Source: Podarcis filfolensis (taxonomy: Eukaryota). Taken from it: DNA of 64,000 nt. Each line of letters begins with the position of its first letter. Within the stretch, counting starts at the first letter, position 1. The position numbers were made by a program, and so were the translations under genes. Where the stretch lies: assembly GCA_964270895.1 (NCBI GenBank), contig OZ185443.1; one strand, written 5' to 3'. The notes under the pieces are model-generated. The model ran no database searches and was not told the DNA's origin. It saw nothing but the letters and a program-made list of their open reading frames with translations. Positions 48,966 to 59,966 of this stretch are shown here, in pieces.

Positions 48966-50594
48966 CTGAGTACATCCAAAGCAGCAGTGAAAGAAAGAAA
49001 ATAAATAACTTTTTATGTATTTTGTTTTCCAGAACCCCAGTGCACTGTCTGCTCAAGAGTGGAATTAGGCTGTACACTGAACAGGTTTCTGCCTTGATTT
49101 GTTTAGGTATGCCCCACTGATCCTGATAATTCATAAAAAGAGCTCCCCAGAATTTTGCAACCTTATCTTGTCCTCAGTAGGTTCAGTGGTATGCTAGCCT
49201 TGCTTCTAATATTAATGGGAGCAAGATCCAGTCTTCAGGACTTATGAGCAAATGAATTAATGTAAGGCTTGGCTTGGCAGGAAGTGTTCAGTGACTTTGA
49301 TTTCACTGCCAGGACGCCACTCAGGAAAGTGCCAGCGGTGTAAGACATGCCCTTGAGAAATGGTATGTAAACTCTTAGTACATGTGAGTTTCCATAGACA
49401 TTCCCCACTAGGCTGAAAGGGTGGGGGGGAAACCAAAAGTTGTTGAGTTTACTGTGAGTGTATTGGAAGGAGGAGAAACAGGTAGATAGAGGAAGAGAAG
49501 AACTGAAAATACAAAATGTGACAGCAAAGGCTTTCCTTAGTTTGGGTTTGATGCTTTTCTTTAAATAATTTTCTAGTATTGAAGGGCGCTTTCGTAAACC
49601 CTAAAAGCGACCCCTTTATCACAGATGTGCATCTACCCATCTTTTCAGGCTTAGGAATCTTCTAGTTCCTCTATTGAAACACAGCAACAACAAAATAATG
49701 AGTTAAATGGTTGATGGTTTTTCCTCCTATGCTGCATTCTAGAGATACATCCCATTCTTTCCCCAAACCCCATTCTCCAGCACTAAATGTTAGTTAAGAT
49801 AACTGGCTGAAAGTCTAGGGACTACAGGGCCTTAAATTTGCTTCATGCTGGATTTACGCTGTTCCTTTGACATCTTCATCCTTTTATCCGTTTTCAGCTG
49901 AAGCCATTCGCTCTAAGCAGAGGGGGGTTTCCTTTGATCATCCATTTTTGGATGCCACCATTGGTAAGGGGAATTGCTGATAAAATAAAAGTGTTGAAAA
50001 CTGCTGGTTTCAGCAGAAAATTGCTAAAACAAGTGCAGCACGTCTGATCTTTCTGTGGGGTACTGCAGTAGAAGGAATAAAATGCAGCCCCAGAAAAATC
50101 ATAGGTTTGTGCTTCCCAGGCAGTCCCAATTACTGAGAAAATATCCACTGAGAGAACACAAGTCCCCCTTGAAAGCAGCTTTAGCTTTTCTTGAATCTTT
50201 CAATAGATGTTATATTTACATTTGCAACATTTGTGCTATTTTCATTTTACCCTTAAAAGCGAATATGTAATTAATTGACTGCAATCACGAAACGATTTCT
50301 GCTTTAAAAGCACAGCGTGGATTAAACAGACTTATTCCAGGAAGCATACTAAACCTTGAGTTGTAGCTACTAGTGCTTTAAATAAGGGGGAAAAACAAAA
50401 CAAGCTAATTGAATTATTGCTGGCCTAACAGTGTTGTGCTTTTCACTGCAGAGCCCATCAGCATAAAATAAATCAGATACAACATTTTCACTTTGAGCAC
50501 TGAAGTGCTGAGCCACCCCAGAGTAGATCACAAAACGAAACCATCTTTGTCATGTTTTTTAAAATTATCTTGGATAATTAAAAAAAATTCTTAC

Positions 50595-50819
50595 CCAAGA
50601 AACTGAGCACCAGAAGGCCCAACTTCAATTAAACGGCTAGCCAGACCTTCTCCTTCCACCATTGGAGGCATTGTGGCCAGTCTATGACGTTTGACCAACC
50701 GGCAGGTAACTCGTGTTGGAGCAGTGCACTTCCGGGGTGGAATAATTATTCGAAGTCCATTGTGTCTGCAACCCCGCATAGCACCACCTCGAGCATCCAC
50801 CATAAAACTGACGAGGAAA
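50595..50819 (-). CDS. ANK2: ANK2 exon, 225 nt, first ZU5 domain: [12 protein letters not shown]...GPSGAQFL(G)
   Basis: ttttcag|T acceptor, TGG|gtaaga donor; ORF-track peptide [16 protein letters not shown]. Confidence 0.97.
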
Positions 50820-51997
50820 CTGAAAATTGGGAGAAATAATGCAATCTGATTTGGAAGTCAATCATAATGTTCATTACTAAATATCCATTCTTACTGGCCT
50901 GTATCAACCAGCTGTGTGCTACCCTATATCCACAGCTTTACATATTAATTGCAATGAAGTAGGTGTGACTATTACTGTATCTCTTTTCAGTAATAATATA
51001 AATAGTAATCAGTACTAATAAGATAACATATATGTAAACTCATGACAGTTAAGAGAAATGCAGAGAGACATGATGTGTATTCCTCAGCCTGTAAATATCT
51101 CATTTCAACGGGTTGCGTTATGCAACTGCCCACAAAATTGCAGTCATGGTTGACTGTGCTGGTTTGTATATATCCATCAGCAACATAGTAAAATAAGATT
51201 AGGAATAACACTGAATAAAAATAGTATTTGGATACTCGGAGATTACATAATTACTGTAAATAAGAAGTCAATTTCAATTTTTGTAGATTTTGTATCTAGC
51301 GATTGAAATGAGTAAAGATTCTAGGACAGCAGGCCAGATCCTTATCTGAACCTAGCCTTGTGGGCCAAATCTGACAGTAGGCAGGGCCCATTTGACATCT
51401 CAATGATGCCATGCCAGCTGATTGAGCACTCTGAAGTCCCTAAACTGTGGGACTCGAAACCAACATGCAGAGCTTGCGAAGAGTCTGATGCGTTCACTTT
51501 ACCACCTCTCAGCTAATAGATGGTAGAGGCAAGGCCAGCTTTCTACAGGAGTTGACCATGTGAGAAAGTTCCCTGCAGGGAGCTGACTCGCACACCCTAT
51601 CTAGCAGGGCAGAGCTGGAGCCTGCCTTGCCAATGCGCAATCAGGCCTTGCAGGCTATATTCGAACCCCTGGCAGGTAAAGTGGGGCCAGAGGGTGCATA
51701 AGACCTTGATTTGTTTTCATAAAAACTATGAATGAAAGCAAGCAAATTGCTGGCAAGAATCCCAACCAAATGGTTAAGGAAATGTAAAACGGGCTGAAAT
51801 TGGTGAGAAAATGCCAACACTATTTTCCCTTCCCAGTTTTCTCTAATGTTGCTTCCCCTTGTTTCCTGCTTTCTCCCATCCTCAGTCCCTTGAAGCAAAA
51901 TTGCATCCTTTAATACCTTATACAAATGTATATCAAATACAATACATCACTCTTCACAATCAGAACCTTTCCCCAGTGATATCTACATGCAGTTATA

Positions 51998-52084
51998 ACA
52001 ACCCTCTAAGATAATTAGGAGACATTAGGAGACAACCCTCTAAGATAATTAGGAGACATTAGGAGACAACCCTCTAAGATAATT
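51998..52084. repeat. 34-bp minisatellite, ~2.5 copies
   Basis: acaaccctctaagataattaggagacattaggag repeated. Confidence 0.92.
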
Positions 52085-53024
52085 TGCCATCCTGAAGCAT
52101 GCCATGCACCCTGCACCTTCCCTATTTCATCTCTCTAAGGCTGCCAATACTTTTCCCCAGCATGGTTCTTGCCCCTCAACATCCTCATGAAAACAATGAG
52201 ACATTGTGGAATGTCCAGCTACAGCGACAGAAATTATTTCACCTTCCAAATTTTCATTTTTGGGGTACATTTCTTAAACACACACACACACACAAAGTGG
52301 GCAACTCTGCTTCCTACAGAGAGTGCAGTTCAGTGTGGTGATTCTGCCACAGTCTACAAACTGTTTGTATGCCTCTGGTCTAAATGTGCAAACGTGCTAT
52401 TTCTTAAGAGATGGAGCTTCTTGGTTTTAACAGGATAATGACATAATTCGGGATGCAATTTTCACACATTCTCTCTGGGCTGTTTCAGTTAGATAACATT
52501 GAATCTGGAGTTTCAGTTTCCCTCCTATCAGCACTTATGGGTTGATTTTTCCTTTCTTAATTAAAAGGTATAATTGATGTACTTGTTTTCATAATAATTT
52601 AATATGTAAATATATTATTCCTTCGAAGAGTAAAACATTATTCTGGGTATGTGTCATAGGCCAGATGATGCAATGAAAACTGCAGACATTCTGGTTCTCT
52701 GGTTCTCCCTAAACATTCTCTTTGGAGTGATCCCTAAACATTTCAGAATAATTTCTACAAGGTCACACTTTATATGGACTAATATAAATATAATTCATAA
52801 TAATATGCAACCAATTTTCATAAAGCCATGGAATATCACTTTTGGATAGAAGGATAAATAATTATTTTCAACAACTCAACCCTACGTCTAAAAATGATAT
52901 AAACAGCAGGAAGGGTCATGCAAAACTTTTTCAGGAAGGTTTAATTTCAAATGCATAGAACTTGCTTTCATCTGTAAACCTCTGCTCTTACAAGAAAAGA
53001 AGCTATATCAAATATGATAGTACA

Positions 53025-53026
<2 letters not shown>

Positions 53027-53081
<55 letters not shown>
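53027..53081. repeat. Compound (TC)n(AC)n microsatellite
   Basis: Direct reading. Confidence 0.95.
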
Positions 53082-53084
<3 letters not shown>

Positions 53085-54571
53085 GGCTTATCCAGTTGGC
53101 TCCTTATGCTCCCATGACGTAACAGAAAGACTGTCCATGGAGATATGGTAGCAAAAAACTTGCAGAGCTGTACTCATAGTAGGCAACGGGAAGGCTGCGG
53201 CATCTATGGATAATTATGAATTGGATGTTTGCATAGCATCCAGCTAGGGGTCAGAAGACGCTAGACACTGCTTTTAGCCCACTTCTCATTTTTCCTTCTT
53301 ACATACTACCAGCCCAGAGGATGATCCTGGTGGTTAGCTTTCTCCTCCTTAGTTTCAAAGTTGCCTTTGTAGAACTCAACAGGGAGGAGGCTGGGGAGAA
53401 AACTAGAATTAGTTGGATCTGGCTGCCATCGCCTCTAGCAAGTGCCTTCTGTCCTACCGGCCCCAGTAGGCTGGGAGTCCTATAGTCATACCAGAGCAAA
53501 TGAAACTATGGTTGTAGTCTTTTTACTAATGAAAACAGGCAAGAGAGACAGCATGCTACACACAAAGCATTCAGATATGCTGGTACATTTGAATTAGTTG
53601 GTTAAACAGGCAGGCAGACATGCTTCTCATCACCCAGTTGGAAACAACAGCCCTCAATAGACTACATCCACCACAGCCTCACACAGGAGGCCTTCAAATT
53701 GTGATTACCATTTGATGCAGGGAAACAAGGAGATAGCAGCAGACAGTTAGTCACAGTGAGGAATATTAGATACAAAACAGCTTGATCAGGTTGCTTCAGC
53801 ATTTTTATCAAGTTTGCAAATAATAATAATGCAGCAAAATAGTTGTGCTGCACTTTAGAGGGACAGCAAAAAACTAAGAGACCAATCAAACACCTACTTA
53901 AAGTTAGTGGGCATGTTTCTCCTTGCATGAAGGCTACTGAATAGAATTCAAAATGATCTTTGAGAAAGTAAGGACAGATTTTCTCTCGATAAAGGGTAAT
54001 GCCTACATTTATCTGCATTTAGTTATGCATGATAATGTTCCTTAAACTTCAAATGATGTATGCATTTTTAATTACATGAAGGATTTCAACTCAAGACCTG
54101 ATGGCTCCAGGCATCTGCAATATAGTTACAACACACTATGCATCTGAATTTATTGAAGAAAATCTGAAATAGAGCTAATGATTTGTAATGCACAATTCTA
54201 ATTGTAGACTGAATTTTGTTCATGTAAAAATATTGCAAGCCTAAGCACTGCTTTTAAATTTTTCCAGTTACTTTAGGTATCCAATTAATAATTGCTTACA
54301 ATATTTTTGTGAGGCAGGGAGTGTGGGATAAAAGGATTGCATATGGCAAGATTTTGGAGGTTTCTTGCAGGGAGACAATGTATTTCCTTTGTACTCTTCA
54401 AAATGTAGGCTGTTAACATATTCAACAGTCAGGCAGAAATCTTTCTCCTATACTAAGCAATGAATGGCATCAATGCACCAGAGCATCCTGAAGTGAATAA
54501 ACGAAAAGGATGACAGAAGAAGGAAGCCAAAGGAAGGCAAGTATTAAAAATGAAATTATATATAAGTTCAC

Positions 54572-54607
54572 CTGCTGTTGTCATGGTCAAAACATGGAGA
54601 TGAGCGG
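54572..54607 (-). CDS. ANK2: ANK2 36-nt cassette exon, phase 2-2: RSSPCFDHDNS(S)
   Basis: ttttgctactgttgcag|C ... CAG|gtgaac; resembles the alternative RASPCLERDNSS segment of mammalian ankyrin-B (from recollection). Confidence 0.88.
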
Positions 54608-55064
54608 CTGCAACAGTAGCAAAACAAAAAAAGAGTGGATGAATAAATGAAATAAAAGGAGGAAGAGAAGCTGTTTTAACCTACAAATGGAAAGATGTAA
54701 AGTGAATATGTAAACACAGATTACAGAGAGAATATATATATAGGTGCAAAGATGAATGAAACAGGATGTCCCTCTCTGATCTCTGCTGATTGGGGGGGAC
54801 TCAAGCCCTCATTGCAAATTTATTCCACCTCCAAAAAATATGGAGGCCACATAGAAACACTTGCCTGTATCAGTGTTCCAGGCAGCTCCATATGTGTGCA
54901 GACTCTGTGTGCCAGATGTATAAATAGCAGGGAACAGTTGTGCTTTAATGCATCTAGTTCATGGGCAACTGCATATGGAAATAGCCTCTTCAACGTTATA
55001 TCTTCCATATGATACAGCTAAGAGCTTTTCAGTGGTCTCCATATGGCAGGCTATAAAGCTTTAA

Positions 55065-55190
55065 TCCAAAGGTAGCCAACATGGTGCCTTCCAAATGTTA
55101 TCGGATTATAATTCCCATTATAACTACTGGCTATGCTGGTTGGGAGTTACTTCAACTGTATCAAGAAGTCAACACACTGGCTACCCCTGT
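55065..55190. mobile_element. Degenerate hAT-type MITE
   Basis: aggtagccaacatggtgccttcca ... gggagtt ... tggctacccctg. Confidence 0.5.
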
Positions 55191-58100
55191 TTTAATTGGT
55201 CATCAGGTACTTGGAATGGACAAATGAGTTCTCTAGAGAAGTTTTTTTTTTCATGGGCTAAAATAAACCAACAACAGCTGCAGCACAAATTGGGCGTCAA
55301 ACTCCTAACACTGAACATAGTACCACACAATTCTGAATTCACTGCACAATTCTATGTATATATACTCAGAAGTAAGCAACACTGCATTCAGTTGGGCTTA
55401 ATTCCAGGAAAACACTATAGCATTACAGTCTTGGTTATATATCATTGAAACTTAATTCTACTGAGAAATCGTTAACATTAAATGCATTGAGCATTGATGT
55501 CAGTAATGTATTGTTATGATGGACCCATCTTCACTCTTAGCTGACTTTTTTCATTCCTGCCTCCCTGGGGAAAAAAACCTGTTGATTCGTTGAATTGGCC
55601 AATATAGGCCCATTTCCATTCTGATTTCCAGATTAACACATTTGACATTAATTATATGTCTTTATTTTTTCAAGTTGTTCACATGTTCATATTAGGGTTC
55701 ATTTTTGTTTATTTTTCTGACTTATGTTCCTTGTTTCCAATTTCTTATCCTAACTGCTTCAAAATTGATGAATTCATTGCTATAGTTCCCTTGTCCGTGA
55801 TTATGAGGGGAAATTGCATCTTGTTATTTTCAAGGATATGAAACTGCTGTTCATAAGAAGCTTTTTTTAAAAAATAAAAAACTTTATTGTAGGAAGTTTA
55901 GAAATACTTTATTAAAGGAACAGCATAGAAATACTATTTGGTTTAGAAATACTTTAAAAGCTTATATGTAATTTTATTTTTATTTAAAGAGCTTCCAGCT
56001 GCTAGGTCCTGTTTCCACTGCTGTTTGTGAGAATACCATACTAGGTTAAATATAAATAAATCAGTTACCTTGTTAGCAGTGATCCAATCTCCTTTTTTGA
56101 AGACAGGCAGCTAAGAATGATAACTCTAATTATTTATCAATTTTATGCACCAGTGCTACATTCCCTCCATAATCCTCCCGCCTCCATCAAAAATGAGATA
56201 AATTTGGAAAATTATCATGGGAATTACAATATCCTGAGTTTCACAATTGAAAATCTTTCAGAAATATTATTCACTAATTGGTATTGGCCATTAGAATATT
56301 GAAGAACAAAAACCTTAGATTATCTGTGTGAACACTCATAATAAGAATCAAACGGGATAAAAAACAACCAACCTACCATGCAGTCCAGCCTGTACTGACA
56401 AAAGAGACTTACCCAACCAACATAGTTCAATTTAATCTGTACAATCTAGGGGACCATTCAGATGTTTCCCTGTACAAGTGTGTTGAGGAGATACAGATTG
56501 TGTGGGCAAAGCCTATGCATGAACAGCTTGTACACCCATAGGCTCTGTGCAGATAACACAATCAATGTGTGGATACTGGGAGTCAGGGGTAGCAGGTGAG
56601 ATCCCAATCCATCCTTCACAAATTGATTACATGAAGATATGTTTTCTAAACAAGTTTTAAGGCCTTCCCCTTTAGTCTAGTGCTCTGTTTCAGGCATGAA
56701 CTTCACAGCTTCTCCATTTCATTGGAAGTAGCCAATTTATACCTGCATTCCCTTCCTTTGTGGAATAAATGAATGCATTTTCTGCAGGCACACACACACA
56801 CATTCTCTGTGCACTGAAGTAGTTACACGGAGAAGCTCTGAAAATGGAATCCATCATATGCTGATACTTATTCAGAGTGAACTTAATTGAACACCATGTA
56901 TTTTTGCCTATTGCATTTATTTTTTGCTTCCAAGTTTTTTTTAAAAAAATCTAGCTGATATTGTGCCATCATTTTACCAAGCACACAGCTGGAAAAAAAT
57001 ATGGGTGCCAGTATACATCAGTTCTGATGTAAAGACCATCTGTTCATTCCAGTCTTTTTCTTCCTCTTGCCACTCTTTCTAAATGCATCCAAGCTGTTGA
57101 TAGATATAATCCTGTTCAAAATTTGACACTATCAAATTGTATTTTGTAATCTAAGGTATAATAATGAAAGACCCAGCTCTTCAAAGTACCATAACAACAA
57201 TTTAAGATAATTGATAATGAAACTATGTTATTAAGAACATTATATTTGCCAGATTGCTTAAATGGGTGTGGTGCTGGTATCCCTTCTCTCTTGACATCTT
57301 CCATGTCCTACAGATTCTAGCTCTAGTCAATTGTTCTTCACATCTAGGAGATACAGGAATTCCAATCATGTGGAAACACATGTGTGGGCATTTACTCATG
57401 CATAGGCTCTTGGTATGCACATGGCCAGTGATGTGCAAGACATTGGGGGTGGAGTCAGCTGTGTACTCTCACTGCCCTGTTTAATCAAAAGCAGCTTATA
57501 CATGACTGAATTGAATTTTTATGGTTCATTGTCTCTTGAAGCCTTCACCTCTAAACTGATGAAGGCCTCCTGAAAGCAGCTAAGAACTGTGATTGACAAT
57601 TTTATCCATTATTACAAGTATAACAAACTGTAAAACTGGATGCCAGTTACTAGCTAGTATAAAACTGCACCTTTCCAAAGGTACTGACATTCAGTGGCTC
57701 AATTGGGTATTTTGTGGACTTTACACTTTAGATGTATATTCTCCTCTTATTTTGAAATGTAGTAAGCCATCACTGTTGAGTCTGAGAGTCCTCCTGTCAA
57801 TTATGCTGAATGAGGCCTTTGGCTTCTGCCCTGAAGCCCCACATGAAAGCACCACTGATATTTGCTTCAAGTGGTAATATCTTCAATAGAAAATGGTCAT
57901 ACAAGGTCTGAGCCTTAACCTGCTGAAATCTGGACTCCCAGTGATTTCAAGTTCCAACAGTATATTCAAGAGATTTAGGTCTGGCTTAGGGCATGTCCAC
58001 ATTACCAATTTGCATTTGTTTCAAACAAGTTTAACCGCCATTGCTTCTAGCAAAGAAATTTGTTGGGATCTGCAAAAAAATACTTTTCATTGACTGTTGA

Positions 58101-58303
58101 AGTCACAATTTTTGGGGGGTGTGGAGTCGTAATGCTACAAAATGGCTTCAATATGAAGTGTAATTGAGTCCTTTAATCTGAATGGTTAGAACTTTTGCAT
58201 TGAAACAATAACACAGGAAAATGCACATCCAAAATAAGCATTAGTTCAAGCTGAAGAGATTCTAATTATTATCTTCCTTTGTCTTCTGTTGTGTATTACT
58301 TAC

Positions 58304-58407
58304 CCAGAATGAACAGGGCTAGCAGAGAGAGTGACATTGTCCAGGTTGTCAGGGCTCCAGCTTAAGCGATATGAATTTCTCTCACCTTCTTTGGCCAATG
58401 TGGATAC
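58304..58407 (-). CDS. ANK2: ANK2 exon, 104 nt, phase 0-2: [34 protein letters not shown](G)
   Basis: tttcaag|GTA acceptor, TGG|gtaagt donor; matches human [17 protein letters not shown]...SPIHSG. Confidence 0.94.
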
Positions 58408-59051
58408 CTTGAAATGCAAATAAATTTAACTTTTCTGGTTTTCTTCTCTTTATTTACAACACTGAACCAACCCAAACCAATGTTTTCTATGCCTCTGATG
58501 GAGTTGGTTCACAAAAAGCTATAAAATTCTAAAATGAAAGTGAAAAAGGTCATGTGTGTAATTTAGTTAATGACCAACTAAATATACTTCTGAGTTATTT
58601 AGATATCAAGCTCTACTCTGGAATCACTGTGGCAGCATTTAATTACTCCTAAATGATTCCAGCCCATAGTATTGTCATTCAACTAAGTTATAGTCAGAGT
58701 AAACTCAGTGAAATCAACTAACATAACTCGAGTCCATAGATTTAAATGGGTCTATGCCAAGTATGCCTTAACTGGATACACCCCTGTAGCTTCTACCACT
58801 AAAAAGTGGCTACATAAAACAATTTATCAATTGCTGAAATGGTGGAACATGCTCAAATTGTCCAAATACGAGAACAAAAAAGAAATATGTAAATATTTGA
58901 ACTACATTTTTCACCATTTATTAATTTTTGGGGAAATCAAAACAACCTAGATTTGCCTCACCATGTCCTAATGTTTCTTGTGCTAGTACTATTTCCTCTG
59001 TCAGTTAATTTCTGTCAGAAAATTATAGAACCTGGATATACAAGACTTATA

Positions 59052-59332
59052 CAGTGGTACCTCGCAAGACGAAAAACGCGCAAGACGAAAGAGTTTTCCG
59101 TTTTTTGAGTCTTTCGGCAAGACGAATTTCCCTATGGGCTTGCTTCGCAAGACGAAACGTCTTGCGAGTTCTTGCGAGTTTGTTTCCTTTTTCTTAAAGC
59201 CGCTAAGCCGTTAATAGCCGCTAAGCCGCTAATAGCCGCTAAGCCGCTAATAGCCGTGCTTCGCAAGACGAAAAAACCGCAAGACGAAGAGACTCGCGGA
59301 ACGGATTAATTTCGTCTTGCGAGGCACCACTG
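59052..59332. mobile_element. Tc1/mariner-type MITE, TA TSD, CpG-rich
   Basis: TA|CAGTGGTACCTCGCAAGACGAA ... TTCGTCTTGCGAGGCACCACTG|TA. Confidence 0.92.
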
Positions 59333-59863
59333 TAGTCATTCCTCCCTTTAGACATGTATATTACTTCATCTGTGAAGCACATAGATATTATTTATCTTCT
59401 CAGAACAGTGTATATACCTCAATTGGGACAAATGTGATTCCAAAGGACACTGACCCTCCCCCCCAAAACCCCCCAAAGCTATACAGAGAATGCACTTGCA
59501 AATATTGTGTCTTATGAAGCAGTTATCTGCTTTATACTAAGTGGAAAATAATCTCTGTCCTCATTTGGAAAACCTAAGCAGCTGGCGAAATAAAACTGCC
59601 AAAAATTGGGTGAAACTTTGCTGTAGATGTATTTAAGCATTTCTTTCATGCTACCTTTTTTCGCTGACAGCCATAAAACAGTATTGTGAATGATACAGAG
59701 GGAAATTATTCAGCTAGACAACGTTATAAAATCAGGCAAGACCCAAGAAACACAGAGCAGTTGACAGTTCACCCAAACAGTGACAATGCATAAAAGACAA
59801 TGAAGAATGGCAACATTAAAGTTACCAGTTTGAGAGGTTTGCAAAGCTACCATAACATCTCAC

Positions 59864-59966
59864 CTGGTGGCTGGGGATAACAACCGTGTCATCAATCATG
59901 GCGCTGTCTCTCAAGTAGGAGGCATGGCTCAGAGTATGGGACCTGTCTGAACTGAAGGATCGTAGG
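59864..59966 (-). CDS. ANK2: ANK2 exon, 103 nt, phase 2-0: [34 protein letters not shown]
   Basis: ctaccag|C acceptor, CAG|gtgaga donor; matches the ankyrin-B linker. Confidence 0.94.

Noticed and set aside
49200-50100. Several pyrimidine tracts and AG sites with open frames near the 99-nt cassette
   Set aside because: No matching donors and no ZU5 similarity.
59052-59332. CRISPR-like interspersed repeats
   Set aside because: Eukaryotic context, irregular spacing, enclosed by TIRs with TA TSD: it is a MITE.
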